58,834 nt of DNA from a virus (lineage: Duplodnaviria; Caudoviricetes). Location of the stretch: IMG/VR virus record IMGVR_UViG_3300044983_000128, positions 1 to 58,834 of that record; one strand, 5' to 3'. The translations under genes were made by a program, and so were the position numbers. Each line of letters starts with the position of its first letter. The first letter of the stretch is position 1. The notes beneath the pieces are model-generated. The model saw only the letters and a list, made by a program, of their open reading frames with translations. It did no database searches and was not told where the DNA came from. This document shows positions 1-9,009 of the stretch, one piece after another.

Positions 1-127
1 GTGTCGGCGGGCACGGCGACCTATGTACGGACCAACCTACGGCGGAAGAACGACTACGCCTATCGCATAAGGGCGACGAAGAATGGTCTCGTATCGGATT
101 ATTCCAACGTCGTGCTCAGGCCGGCGA
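1..127. repeat. 127-bp exact end overlap with 58708-58834 (circular contig)
   Basis: Bases 1-127 are identical to 58708-58834; the FN3 ORF reads in frame across the junction. Confidence 0.97.
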
Positions 128-132
128 TGTAG
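1..132 (+). CDS. C-terminal end of the FN3-domain protein that starts at 57769
   Basis: Frame 1 reads VSAGTATYVRTNLRRKNDYAYRIRATKNGLVSDYSNVVLRPAM*, a typical FN3 ending (Y.YRI.A...G.S.YSN). Confidence 0.85.
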   Translation: MSAGTATYVRTNLRRKNDYAYRIRATKNGLVSDYSNVVLRPAM

Positions 133-134
133 CC

Positions 135-419
135 ATGAAAAAGATCATCCCAATCCTGTTGCTGGCGCTCGTCACAGGCGGGTGCGCTCGATTTCACTCA
201 GAGCAAGTCGAGATGGCTCAGGACGGCACCAAGCGCACCACCCACATTTACGTTCTGACCCTCTTTGATGCTCAGAGCAACTTGACCAAGCTGCGGGCCA
301 CCACAACGGACAAATCACAATCGACTTCCTTGGCGGGCTTGAGCGAGAGCGCGTCGAGCACAAATTTTGTGGAGATCTTACGCCTCATTGCTTCCATCGC
401 TGCCGCTACAGCGAAGTAG
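135..419 (+). CDS. Small lipoprotein (possible lysis/spanin-like or envelope protein)
   Basis: MKK + hydrophobic core + VTGGC lipobox-like Cys; last gene of the plus-strand arm, converging on the minus arm. Confidence 0.7.
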   Translation: MKKIIPILLLALVTGGCARFHSEQVEMAQDGTKRTTHIYVLTLFDAQSNLTKLRATTTDKSQSTSLAGLSESASSTNFVEILRLIASIAAATAK

Positions 420-737
420 TCAGTCCCCCACGATACGGCGCATTTCCTCGCACGCCGCACCGAGTTGGTCGCGGTGCCACTCCCAACCGAGCCGATTAGC
501 GTGTTCGGCGCACTTCTCCATCAGCAGCAATTCCCGTTTGGCGACATCTTCGACGTGGCGGAAGCGGCGTTCGACGTTGGCCTTGTGCAAGGCGCGGCCA
601 GCGAACACGCCGCAAAGTGAAGCAATCGCGGTAAACAGCCACGTCACGGGATGCGGCGCGAACGCCACGGCCAAAGCGAGGTCAACGGCGGCGAGCACCG
701 CCCACGACGTGAATATGGCGAACCAGGTGAAGGTCAT
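420..737 (-). CDS. Hypothetical membrane protein
   Basis: ATGA overlap with upstream gene; two N-terminal hydrophobic segments. Confidence 0.6.
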   Translation of the reverse strand: MTFTWFAIFTSWAVLAAVDLALAVAFAPHPVTWLFTAIASLCGVFAGRALHKANVERRFRHVEDVAKRELLLMEKCAEHANRLGWEWHRDQLGAACEEMRRIVGD

Positions 738-1090
738 GGCTCTGATGGCTCGTCGCGCCACAAGCCCAGCGTGCGCAGCAGGGCTTCGCATCTTTGGGCG
801 GCGGTGGCGTTAATCAACAGCATCTCCGTTGTCGTATCGCGCTCTCGGCAACCGTCTTCGATATGGCCCAAATTCATCCGATGCTCAAGCCACCAAATCC
901 ACTTGCGCCAAGAGCCGTTGGATTCTAGCCGTGCGAGCACCTCGTGCATCGCGTTCAGGTCGCGGGTGTAGTCGGGCATTGGCATGACCGTGGAACCTTG
1001 CGCGACGTACTTGCCTTCAACATTACCGCCGTGCGACACGACATAGCCCATCCACTCCGCAATCGCCACGCGCTGTTCGTGCTCGGTCAT
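734..1090 (-). CDS. Phage protein, ABA-sandwich/NinX-like
   Basis: AIAEWMG...PDYTRDLNAMHE...ATAAQRCEA motif typical of this phage family. Confidence 0.6.
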   Translation of the reverse strand: MTEHEQRVAIAEWMGYVVSHGGNVEGKYVAQGSTVMPMPDYTRDLNAMHEVLARLESNGSWRKWIWWLEHRMNLGHIEDGCRERDTTTEMLLINATAAQRCEALLRTLGLWRDEPSEP

Positions 1091-1311
1091 GGCTCTGGTG
1101 TAGGCGCGGGTGCGCCGGTTGTTGTTGGTGCTTGTTTCCGCTCTATGTCAATGTGCAGAAGCCAGATCAAAAGTATCGTCATGACGAAGCACCATAGACT
1201 GCCGTACGGATCGGTATCACCGTGCGTCCAGAAGTATCCGACGTTCATTATCGCCATCCACCACGAGAACCCGCGCAGGCCATTGTCGTTGATAAGCGGT
1301 TCCTTATTCAT
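1087..1311 (-). CDS. Hypothetical membrane protein
   Basis: Coupled ORF with two hydrophobic stretches. Confidence 0.5.
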   Translation of the reverse strand: MNKEPLINDNGLRGFSWWMAIMNVGYFWTHGDTDPYGSLWCFVMTILLIWLLHIDIERKQAPTTTGAPAPTPEP

Positions 1312-1585
1312 GCGGTACGGTTTGCTTTGCTTCTTCTAAAGAAGCGGTTGTTTGTTGTGCGCGCCGAACCATCATGGCGTCAGCGAGATTATAAGCAGAT
1401 TCAGCGAGAGGCCCGCAGAGTGGTTCGTGTAGGGTGTCGCCCGCGAGCAATCCCGTTAGCGCCGCGCAGGCGAACCTGTCGCGCAAGCCGTCCAGCGCGT
1501 CCGCCTGGATAGCGGCAATGTCTGCTTCGGTAGCGCCACCACTACGCTGGTACAGTTCGCGATACCATTCGAGGGCGGTTTTCAT
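1304..1585 (-). CDS. Conserved phage hypothetical protein
   Basis: LRDRFACAALTGLL...AYNLADAMM, a common phage motif. Confidence 0.7.
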   Translation of the reverse strand: MKTALEWYRELYQRSGGATEADIAAIQADALDGLRDRFACAALTGLLAGDTLHEPLCGPLAESAYNLADAMMVRRAQQTTASLEEAKQTVPHE

Positions 1586-1806
1586 GGCTTTCGTTTAAGC
1601 TCGCGCTGTGGCGCTACCTCGCGCAACAACTCGCGCAGAGCGGCATTTGTTTCGCGCAGGTCAGTGAGTTCGGCTTCGAGGCGTTTTTGCTCAGCAATGA
1701 ACTCTACCATGAGCGCGTTCGCTTCGGCGTTCAAATCAGCGACTTCCTTTGCGTGATTTACCAACGCTCGCACAGCGGCGGGATCCATTGGTATTTCGAG
1801 GTTCAT
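1582..1806 (-). CDS. Hypothetical coiled-coil protein
   Basis: ATGA-coupled at both ends; heptad pattern. Confidence 0.6.
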   Translation of the reverse strand: MNLEIPMDPAAVRALVNHAKEVADLNAEANALMVEFIAEQKRLEAELTDLRETNAALRELLREVAPQRELKRKP

Positions 1807-2291
1807 AGAACGCGAATGTTGGCGGTGCGGTGTCGGTGGACAATATCGCGATTCTTGGACTTCGGCACGCGCCGGATCTTGCGTCCGCTGGTCAAATGCA
1901 GCGTTGGCGGAATGGCGCTGAGCGTGTAGGAACTGCCCGGTTGAAACTCGCCGTGCCGGTCGAAGCTCACAATCTCGCGTCCGACCGCCGCCGAAGTCAG
2001 GAACCTGGTGGCCACGTTATCCTTGATGACGTAGCTGGTGCCGATACCGATAATCGCGCCCTCAGCGCCTTCCTGCCGTTTACACGCCCGCGCCAGAGCG
2101 CAGTTCTTCGGATCTTTCTTCGAGGCTTTGGCGAGATCCTTGTCCGTCACTTCGAGGAAGATTGATTCCTTCGCGTCAATCACCTTCTTGACGTTCGGGA
2201 AATACTTGTGGACCCGTTGCAAGGCGTTTCGGCCATGAACGAGTTGCTTACGGTTGTTACGGTTCTTTGCTACTGGTGGGTTTGTTTTCAT
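1803..2291 (-). CDS. Hypothetical basic protein
   Basis: Start moved to the ATGA overlap at 2291 (MKTNPP); globular core VIDAKE...KDPKNCALARAC. Confidence 0.7.
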   Translation of the reverse strand: MKTNPPVAKNRNNRKQLVHGRNALQRVHKYFPNVKKVIDAKESIFLEVTDKDLAKASKKDPKNCALARACKRQEGAEGAIIGIGTSYVIKDNVATRFLTSAAVGREIVSFDRHGEFQPGSSYTLSAIPPTLHLTSGRKIRRVPKSKNRDIVHRHRTANIRVL

Positions 2292-2722
2292 AATCCAAGG
2301 CACCGACGCACAAGATCGGCAGTGGCGGCAGTGCAAAGCGTTTGAGGCGTGCAGAACAAAATCCGCCAACCTCGGGCCGTGCCTTCGTTCCACTTCTCGT
2401 ATTCCTTGAGCATTCTCGCCGGCCGTACGTGAGCACCGCCACTCCACAATCCTCCGTTGCACTCCAAAGCAATGCCACGAACGCCTTTGTGGTCGTTTAT
2501 GAACCAAGCCAAATCCCAACGCCAGCGGCGGTCTGGATCAAATTGATACTCGTATCGCGGCTCTGGAATTTCATGCTCGCGAAAGAACGCCGTCACGACC
2601 GCCGTGTTGTAGCCCGGCGCATAGCCGCTGCGCGTGCCGGCCATCTTCGCCCGCGCAGGCTCCTCTTGCTTCAGCCGGCGCTGCGCGTATTCCTTGAACT
2701 GCTCTGGCGTCCAGTTGCTCAT
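2288..2722 (-). CDS. PD-(D/E)XK endonuclease, DUF559/Vsr-like
   Basis: EYQFDPDRRWRWDLAW...ALECNGG...H...EKWNE...GWRIL motif. Confidence 0.8.
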   Translation of the reverse strand: MSNWTPEQFKEYAQRRLKQEEPARAKMAGTRSGYAPGYNTAVVTAFFREHEIPEPRYEYQFDPDRRWRWDLAWFINDHKGVRGIALECNGGLWSGGAHVRPARMLKEYEKWNEGTARGWRILFCTPQTLCTAATADLVRRCLGL

Positions 2723-2744
2723 GGTGCCTTATGCGCCGTGGTCC

Positions 2745-3035
2745 TCAATACCCTTGTGCCTCCAGCCAGTCGGCGCACTGGGCGCGCGTCATGCGGTCAG
2801 TGAAGTGCTCGCGTGATACCACTTCCAACATCGAGCGCGGAACTTGGAAGCGTTGTGCGACCGATGTGAATAAGATGTCTGACCCAGGGTAAACAGATGT
2901 TTCGGTATCGACACATGCGAGATAAGCGGTGCCGATAGCGCAGCCGCATTCCCGCCCTATCATAAACTGCGGCACCTCTTTGATGAACGTGCTGCCGTAC
3001 CGTATCGCCGCGCTGAGTGTTTTGATTTTGTCCAT
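2745..3035 (-). CDS. Hypothetical protein
   Basis: LSAAIRYG...CAIGTA...TRAQCADWLEAQG phage-type motif. Confidence 0.65.
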   Translation of the reverse strand: MDKIKTLSAAIRYGSTFIKEVPQFMIGRECGCAIGTAYLACVDTETSVYPGSDILFTSVAQRFQVPRSMLEVVSREHFTDRMTRAQCADWLEAQGY

Positions 3036-3038
3036 AAT

Positions 3039-3299
3039 TTATTTGTGCGCCGTGGCGCTCGCGGGTTTCTTCACCGGCCAGATTTGTTTGCAGGTCGGGC
3101 AACGCATCGGGACATTGCTCCACTCCAAAATTTGCTGCTGCATTTTCACGCCGATATTGCGCCACTTAATCGGCTTGAGCATTCCAGACGCGATGCAATG
3201 CCGCAACTCGTCCTCGCTCAGCTTGGTGGATCTCATGATTTCATTGAGGCAATTGCGAGCGCGTGGATGCAAGCTCTCAATGGATTTACCGTCGCTCAT
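3039..3299 (-). CDS. RNA polymerase alpha-CTD-like (HhH) protein with C-terminal CxxC
   Basis: LHPRARNCL...RNIGVKMQQQILEW resembles alpha-CTD LSVRSxNCL...xNLGKKSLxEI; ends RCPTCKQ. Confidence 0.55.
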   Translation of the reverse strand: MSDGKSIESLHPRARNCLNEIMRSTKLSEDELRHCIASGMLKPIKWRNIGVKMQQQILEWSNVPMRCPTCKQIWPVKKPASATAHK

Positions 3300-3340
3300 A
3301 TCAATCCCCTAAAGGTGCTCAGGTGAGTGCGCCAGCAAGG

Positions 3341-3613
3341 TCATGGTTTGTTGATCGTCACGCTCTGGTCACTGGACTGCGGAAAGGTGACGACAAAATT
3401 GCCGTTGGTAGCCTGCTCGACATGCACCCATGCGTTCAGGTTGGTGCGCCAACGCCATTGCCTTTGGTGCTCGGCGTCGAGGTAATATTCGGCATGACCA
3501 AGATTCACGGCTTCGCGTTCCCATGACCCACGAGTTGCAAAGAACGTAATCGCACTGAACACGATGCCGACAACAGCGCAGCAGAAAAAATTAAACTTAT
3601 CGTCGTCGTTCAT
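3341..3613 (-). CDS. Hypothetical protein with N-terminal TM segment
   Basis: Hydrophobic N-terminus then EAVNLGHAEY..QWRW motif. Confidence 0.6.
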   Translation of the reverse strand: MNDDDKFNFFCCAVVGIVFSAITFFATRGSWEREAVNLGHAEYYLDAEHQRQWRWRTNLNAWVHVEQATNGNFVVTFPQSSDQSVTINKP

Positions 3614-3682
3614 TACTGGAAATTGTTAAACGCCTTGATAACGCGATTCACGATCTCGCGAGCGTCGGTCTCGCTCTCAATC

Positions 3683-4819
3683 TCAATCCGGTTCCTCGAA
3701 TTTGTAGAAGACGCCAGCTTTATCCAGCATCACGCGGAACGTGCGATCAGTCTCAATCTTGTCCTTGGGACGTGGCTTGCCCTTATACTCGCGTTCGACC
3801 GTGAAGTTGGCCCACCACCCAAAAAGCGTGTTCTTTTCCAGTTCACCAAGCATCTTGCCCGCGTCCTTGCCAAACGGCACAGGGAATTGATACCAGTCGG
3901 CGTCGTGGTGGTCCGTCTCGCTCTGCGCCGGCTGCGGGGCGGCGGCGGCGGGCGGTGGCGGCGACATTGGCTCGACCTGGGTGAATATCGCGCAATTCTG
4001 GATCGTGGCTTCGAGACCGCCTTTGCTCGTAGGCACGCAACCCAACGCCCAATCCTCAAGGCTTTCGTTGGTCATCAGCGCGTAAGGTGGCCCGAAGTCC
4101 ATGCCGTACATCAGGAGCGTGGCGTCCTTGAACCGCTTACGCATCTCAGCCAGGAACCATGCGCGGGTCTTCTCGGTAGCGACCTGCGCGGGCGCGGAAG
4201 GTGACGCGCCCGCGGCAGGCGCTTGGGTGGCGGTTTGTGGAACATTTGTTCCACGGGATTGAGAAACATTGGCTGGTTTGGCTCTGGAAGCCCTTGCGTT
4301 ATCGTCAAACCCGCCATCCGGCACCTCCTCGGCGGGCGTTGTGGACAGGCCAGCGTCTATTAGGACCACGACATGAGCGAAAACTCCTCGGCATGTGCGG
4401 CTTATGGCGCGAGTCTGAGCCATAGCTTTCCCGGCATATTCGGCCCGGTTCTTCCAAGTCGGGTTGCCTTTGCGGTCTTTCTCGTCAAAACCAACATAGC
4501 CTTCCCCGGTGGCAATCACCTCGCCGCGAGAGTTGCGCAACACGCCTTTAGCCTTGTAGCCGATATGGTTGCCTTGAGTATCGTAAACACGGTCGGCGTC
4601 TTCGGCGCCGGCAAAGCAACCGTGGGCGGTGGCGATTGATTCCCAGCCTTCGACCCGGACGAACTTGCGCCCTTGGATCTCGCAGGCGGTCTTCAGGACA
4701 ATCTCGCGGCATATCCCGGCCACGTCCGTCGCTCGCCGCATAAGGGCTTGGGGGCTACGCGGTTCGTCCATGACGGACGGCATTGGTTCGATCTTTGCGA
4801 GCTGTTGATTGTCATTCAT
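3683..4819 (-). CDS. Putative single-strand annealing/recombination protein
   Basis: KFVRVEGW...AMAQTRAISR...STTPAEEV N-terminal domain, low-complexity linker, adjacent to an exonuclease. Confidence 0.6.
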   Translation of the reverse strand: MNDNQQLAKIEPMPSVMDEPRSPQALMRRATDVAGICREIVLKTACEIQGRKFVRVEGWESIATAHGCFAGAEDADRVYDTQGNHIGYKAKGVLRNSRGEVIATGEGYVGFDEKDRKGNPTWKNRAEYAGKAMAQTRAISRTCRGVFAHVVVLIDAGLSTTPAEEVPDGGFDDNARASRAKPANVSQSRGTNVPQTATQAPAAGASPSAPAQVATEKTRAWFLAEMRKRFKDATLLMYGMDFGPPYALMTNESLEDWALGCVPTSKGGLEATIQNCAIFTQVEPMSPPPPAAAAPQPAQSETDHHDADWYQFPVPFGKDAGKMLGELEKNTLFGWWANFTVEREYKGKPRPKDKIETDRTFRVMLDKAGVFYKFEEPD

Positions 4820-4997
4820 GGGGTTCTCCATCATTCCCGCGTTGTGATTCTTCCCGCTCGCGGCGCTCCGAGGCGTAGAGCCAGTAATCCCGCCAGAAAT
4901 CATCGTCCTCGTCGCGGTCGCGGCGGCGCTCGGGCGGGTCCAGATCATTGAGCGAGCAGCCTGGCGGCAAATCGTCTCTACCAGAAAGGGGGTTCAT
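4812..4997 (-). CDS. Small acidic hypothetical protein
   Basis: LPPGC...DP motif; coupled at both ends. Confidence 0.5.
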   Translation of the reverse strand: MNPLSGRDDLPPGCSLNDLDPPERRRDRDEDDDFWRDYWLYASERREREESQRGNDGEPHE

Positions 4998-5308
4998 ATT
5001 GAAGATTTCCTCTTACGGAAGGCATTTAGGCTGTCCTGAGCCTTTTCAGCCAGTGCAGTTCTCACAGCAAGGGGTTTTTTGAGATATGCCTGTGTATTAC
5101 CCCATTCAGCCCGCGTTAAACCAAGCATGGGGAGCAATTCGGGGAACTGGTTTCCAATCCTGCTTCGGACGCCCTTTTCCATCGGGCATTTCTTTTCCTT
5201 ATCGCCGATGTCAATGAACAGGTTCGGGTAATTCGGGTCCAAAGGGCAATTATTGACCGAACAACGGTCAAAACGCGGGCAGAGTGAAGGCGGATAGGTT
5301 TGGTTCAT
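4994..5308 (-). CDS. Cys-rich hypothetical protein
   Basis: CPRFDRCSVNNCPLDP...KKC; start at ATGA overlap. Confidence 0.6.
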   Translation of the reverse strand: MNQTYPPSLCPRFDRCSVNNCPLDPNYPNLFIDIGDKEKKCPMEKGVRSRIGNQFPELLPMLGLTRAEWGNTQAYLKKPLAVRTALAEKAQDSLNAFRKRKSSI

Positions 5309-6072
5309 AACTCGTTGGCTAGGTAGAAGTAATCGACGAGCGCCTTGAACGCCTGCCAAGCCCGGTCCCAATCCTCTTGAATGCAGACCTTCACTTTGCC
5401 CGGTTCAATGGTCGAAACGTAAAGGTTCGCCGTCCAGATCCGCTTATCACCTGTGTTGCCAAGCGCCTTGGCGTACGAAGCGGTTTGGCACTGATGCTCC
5501 CACCAGCTATCGGTTTTCGGAAGGGATTTACTTGTTTTTGTGTCCCATAGGACAATCGCCTCGCCTTCGGTGAGCGCATCGAACTTGCCGGCGTAACGGT
5601 CCCCGACCACGATCTTTTCGGTTTCCAGCACGCGGCCCATGCCGTTAATCGCGTTCAGCGCCGGGGTGACGAATGCGTTCAGGCTTTCGTCATAGGTCCG
5701 TTGGTTCAACCCTTCCTCGATTGCAGCGTGAATTCGGGTGCCCAGGTCGCGGGCAGCTTGCGCTTCTTGGTCCTGCTGGCGTTCCTCGTGCAGCACCCGG
5801 CGCACAAAAGCGTCCAGTGCCTCGCCATCGCGCCGCGGCGTCGTGAGCACTGCCAATGCACTTTGCTCTGCTATCCAATCTACGAGCGCCTGTTTATGCA
5901 GGCACTTTAGGATTGTCGTGGTCGATGGAAGCAAATCGCTCTCTCTGGCGTCTCGGATCGTGGTCGGGCGTGGGCGTCCTGTGCTCTTGCCAATGACTTC
6001 GTAGCACGCTTCGCCAGCACGCGAATACCAATGCGCCGAATCGCTCCGTTGCACTCGCGCGGCGGTGGTCAT
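5305..6072 (-). CDS. PD-(D/E)XK exonuclease (phage recombination type)
   Basis: HWY...PSTTTIL...GTRIH...YAGKFD...WDTKT...QTASY motifs. Confidence 0.85.
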   Translation of the reverse strand: MTTAARVQRSDSAHWYSRAGEACYEVIGKSTGRPRPTTIRDARESDLLPSTTTILKCLHKQALVDWIAEQSALAVLTTPRRDGEALDAFVRRVLHEERQQDQEAQAARDLGTRIHAAIEEGLNQRTYDESLNAFVTPALNAINGMGRVLETEKIVVGDRYAGKFDALTEGEAIVLWDTKTSKSLPKTDSWWEHQCQTASYAKALGNTGDKRIWTANLYVSTIEPGKVKVCIQEDWDRAWQAFKALVDYFYLANEL

Positions 6073-6482
6073 AGCTTTGATTGGTTGGCTTTGGCAACGA
6101 AGTCTTCCAGCGTGACGATGTGGACGTTCTCGCTGCCGTTGATGTATTGGCGCAAGCCGCCTTCGGTGAAGAATCGGCGCAAGCTCCAGCCGGGCCCTCC
6201 CAAAATCAGGTAAGCGCGTTCGTAGTCCTGCGATTCCAGCGCGGCAATCAGGCAAATAACTTCCCACGGCACTTTAGCCTCGGCGGTGCCGCTCACCTCT
6301 TGCCATTTGGATGACACGAGGATTAAGCACCCGTCCTTGGTTGCGATGGCGTCAACGATATGGCGACCGCCACCGGGACGCCGCCCAATCTTTACCTGCG
6401 TTCGCCATTGATACCCGCCTTGTTTCAATGCCGGGAAAATCATGTTTTCCATCACACCGCCAGTCCGCGTGTCTCGACTCAT
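6069..6482 (-). CDS. Small restriction-endonuclease-like PD-(D/E)XK protein
   Basis: HIVDAI...VSSKWQEVSGTAEAKVP...LILGGPGW; directly downstream of the MTase. Confidence 0.7.
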   Translation of the reverse strand: MSRDTRTGGVMENMIFPALKQGGYQWRTQVKIGRRPGGGRHIVDAIATKDGCLILVSSKWQEVSGTAEAKVPWEVICLIAALESQDYERAYLILGGPGWSLRRFFTEGGLRQYINGSENVHIVTLEDFVAKANQSKL

Positions 6483-6489
6483 AGGTTCC

Positions 6490-7044
6490 TTATTTGCAGG
6501 GCAGAACCTTTCCGAATGCTGAGAAAACGCGGCTGAACAAAGCGATGTCTGGACGTTTTGCCACATAGAAAAAGGCTTGGCCTCTTGTGTTTCCCGATAT
6601 GCGTTTGCCGTCCGCGTTGTAGAATGAAATCCGGTGATTCGTAAAACAGACCGCGCTTGAGACCTCGATGAGCAACTGGAACATGCGCGTTTCGGTTGCA
6701 TTGTTCACGAGGACGATGCCCGCCTTGAAATGCCCGGAACCAAATTCGTAAACAAACTTCTCAATCGCAGGCCGACATAGCCGACCATAAGGCGGGTTCA
6801 TCCAGACAGTTTTCGCTAGCCAGCTTTGTTTGAATCCATCTTGGGCCTCGGTGTAATACAACTTCGCGCCCACCGTCAGGTTGGCCACATCGCTTGAGAA
6901 CGGGTCCAGATAGACTTTGCCCAGCACCGACCTCGCGGCCTCGATGTATTGCGATGGCGTAAACCATGAATCACTGTCTCGCCTGCCGGGTTGCCGGCCA
7001 ACATAGCCAAGCCGTAAAACGTCCGCTTCAAATAGATTTCTCAT
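6490..7044 (-). CDS. DNA N6-adenine methyltransferase (phage Dam-like)
   Basis: DSWFTP, LDPFSS, VWMNPPYG, RISF motifs. Confidence 0.9.
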   Translation of the reverse strand: MRNLFEADVLRLGYVGRQPGRRDSDSWFTPSQYIEAARSVLGKVYLDPFSSDVANLTVGAKLYYTEAQDGFKQSWLAKTVWMNPPYGRLCRPAIEKFVYEFGSGHFKAGIVLVNNATETRMFQLLIEVSSAVCFTNHRISFYNADGKRISGNTRGQAFFYVAKRPDIALFSRVFSAFGKVLPCK

Positions 7045-7295
7045 GGCTTCTCCAATCGTGCTTTGAGCGCAATCAATTCGTCCAGCTTCGCCGTAATCGC
7101 GGCGGCTTGCGCGGCTAGATACTTCTCCGGTGTGCTTAGGTCCGTGCCTGCGACGCAAATGCTGGTGTTCAGCGCGGCCAATCGCCATGCCTCGCACTCG
7201 GCCAGGAGCGCGTTGCGGTCGGCTACAATCGCGGCGATGCGCTCGTTGGCAACGTCGCTCTCGTCCATGCAAGGCGTTTCGCGTTCGGTGCTCAC
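7041..7295 (-). CDS. Hypothetical protein
   Basis: GTGA/ATGA coupling at both ends. Confidence 0.5.
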   Translation of the reverse strand: MSTERETPCMDESDVANERIAAIVADRNALLAECEAWRLAALNTSICVAGTDLSTPEKYLAAQAAAITAKLDELIALKARLEKP

Positions 7296-7528
7296 GCTGC
7301 CACCGTCGCTTCCTGCGCTTTGGCCGCGAGGCACGCCGCAAGCGATTGCGCCATCCCATGCACCTGTGACCATTCCTGCACCAGCGCGTCGTAAACGTCT
7401 TTGAACGGTTTCATTTCAGCCTCGGCGACCTTCAGTCGTTCCCAAAGCTCATCGGCTCTGGCCTGCGCTTTGGCCTGTTCCCGGCGCATGATTTCGAGCA
7501 CGCGCGGCTCGTCTAGTGTGGTTGTCAT
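7292..7528 (-). CDS. Hypothetical coiled-coil protein
   Basis: AAGGAG SD upstream; helical composition. Confidence 0.65.
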   Translation of the reverse strand: MTTTLDEPRVLEIMRREQAKAQARADELWERLKVAEAEMKPFKDVYDALVQEWSQVHGMAQSLAACLAAKAQEATVAA

Positions 7529-7554
7529 TGCTCCTTAGTTGATTTGGTTTCCGA

Positions 7555-7740
7555 TTATGCGGGCACGCTCCAGTCGTGCCGTGGTTTCTGGCTGGGCAAC
7601 GCCTGTTTCTGCTTCTCCAGCTTCGGCCACGAGGTGTTGCCCATGCGAACCGCGTACGCCGCCGATTGGTAATGCGCGTTACACAAGCCGCGAGAATATC
7701 GCCTGGCTTTGCAACCGTTCTGAATACAGGTCTTGCTCAT
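7555..7740 (-). CDS. Small C3H zinc-finger protein, first gene of leftward operon (possible regulator)
   Basis: CxxxGC...RGLCNAHY motif; directly behind the leftward promoter. Confidence 0.6.
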   Translation of the reverse strand: MSKTCIQNGCKARRYSRGLCNAHYQSAAYAVRMGNTSWPKLEKQKQALPSQKPRHDWSVPA

Positions 7741-7749
7741 CGCGGAAGA

Positions 7750-7817
7750 AAATTACCACGACACGCAAAAGATCGTCAATTATTTATTTGACATATTTTC
7801 AGCGGTGTGCGAAAGAT
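7750..7817. promoter_or_regulatory. Back-to-back divergent sigma70-type promoters
   Basis: Minus: TTGACG(7779-7774)-18-TAATTT; plus: TTGACA(7788-7793)-18-AAAGAT; AT-rich core GTCAAttatttatTTGAC. Confidence 0.7.
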
Positions 7818-7828
7818 AGCGCGTGAAC

Positions 7829-7922
7829 GTGAATGCTCACCCATCAAATCAACTCCATTTGCCCCGTTGTTCGCCTGCCCCGTGTCCAGTTGACGCGGGC
7901 ATTCACCGGGCGGGCACGGGGC
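7829..7922 (+). ncRNA. Structured leader 1 (C4/CI-like architecture)
   Basis: Outer stem 7861-7877/7907-7922, inner hairpin, bulge GCATTCAC complementary to 5' GTGAATGC. Confidence 0.55.
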
Positions 7923-7933
7923 TCTTTAATCCA

Positions 7934-8263
7934 ATGAACAGACATAACGACTATCAAGCCCGCATACCAACGCCGTGGGGCGTTTCGGACTGCGGCACAC
8001 ACTACGGCAAAGGCATCGTGTTCTATTCGACGCCAAGCCACGGCGGATTCTTCGTCGCCGACGAACAACTCACGCAACTCCACGCCGTTCATGGCCCGGT
8101 GAAAACCTTCTGCGGTTGCCCGGAATGGTTCGAGGAAGATTGCGATTGGGCTTACGTCGCAACCGCGTTCCCGGACCTGTTCACTGCCGACGAGCTTGAA
8201 CACGCCAAAGCGACGCTTGCTTGGAGCAAACAACGCCAAGCACAGAAAGAAGGTGCTCTGTGA
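7934..8263 (+). CDS. DUF7007-like protein
   Basis: TPWG...STPSHGG...WFEEDCDW motif. Confidence 0.75.
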   Translation: MNRHNDYQARIPTPWGVSDCGTHYGKGIVFYSTPSHGGFFVADEQLTQLHAVHGPVKTFCGCPEWFEEDCDWAYVATAFPDLFTADELEHAKATLAWSKQRQAQKEGAL

Positions 8264-8580
8264 ACGCGCACACTCCGGGACCGTGGAAAAACACTCCGTG
8301 GAAAGTAAACGATTATCACGCGCATTGCGTAATTGACGAGTGGGGTCATTACGTCTGCACGTGCCAAGGCGAGTTAATGAAAGAAAACGCCGCGCTAATC
8401 GCTCAAGCCCCTGACCTGCTCAAAGAACGCGACGCACTCAAAGCAGACAACGCCAAACTCCGCGCGGCGCTGGAGGCCATGCTGAAATTGTCGTTCACGC
8501 ACCCGGTAGATCCTCAGTATCGTGTCTCGGTCCACGAACAAGCCCGCATCGCCCTCAACTCAACCCAGCCCGCACCATGA
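8260..8580 (+). CDS. Conserved phage hypothetical protein
   Basis: HTPGPW...NAALIAQAPDLL motif; GTGA overlap start. Confidence 0.75.
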   Translation: MNAHTPGPWKNTPWKVNDYHAHCVIDEWGHYVCTCQGELMKENAALIAQAPDLLKERDALKADNAKLRAALEAMLKLSFTHPVDPQYRVSVHEQARIALNSTQPAP

Positions 8581-8798
8581 ATGCTCAACCAGACAAAGCC
8601 TGCACACTCACAGACCAAGAATTGAGCGCAAACGCCACTTGGGTGCGCCAGCAAATCGAAGCCATTGCCCCTTACACCAGCAAAGAGCTGTTCGCGTTGC
8701 GCCGTGTCTATGCCAACGAGTTTGAACGGCGCCGCAAACTCAAGGCCACCGCTAAACCTTGGAACCAAGATTTCCCCCAAAACGATAACTCTTGGTAA
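8577..8798 (+). CDS. Hypothetical protein
   Basis: ATGA-coupled; followed by terminator. Confidence 0.55.
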   Translation: MNAQPDKACTLTDQELSANATWVRQQIEAIAPYTSKELFALRRVYANEFERRRKLKATAKPWNQDFPQNDNSW

Positions 8799-8819
8799 TC
8801 CCCTCACCCCTCCCACCAA

Positions 8820-8849
8820 CGCCCGGCCTTAAACCGGGCGCTTTTCTTT
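8820..8849 (+). terminator. Intrinsic terminator
   Basis: CGCCCGG-ccttaaa-CCGGGCG then CTTTTCTTT. Confidence 0.7.
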
Positions 8850-8901
8850 CCGATTGTCGTTGCGCTCAATCGCGACATGTGCGACAAGTAATCCGTTCAA
8901 C

Positions 8902-8996
8902 GTGAAAACTGAACTGCTAAACCAAACTCCCTTTGCCGCGCGCGCTGTTGTCTGCGCATCGCTCCGATGCGTAGTTTTCACCAACGGCCGCGCGGC
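8902..8996 (+). ncRNA. Structured leader 2 (C4/CI-like architecture)
   Basis: Outer stem 8935-8950/8982-8996, inner hairpin, AGTTTTCAC complementary to 5' GTGAAAACT. Confidence 0.55.
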
Positions 8997-9009
8997 TCTT
9001 TAGGACAAA

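Noticed and set aside
5305-6072. Exonuclease as Cas4/CRISPR component
   Set aside because: No Fe-S Cys cluster, no cas genes and no repeat-spacer array in the window
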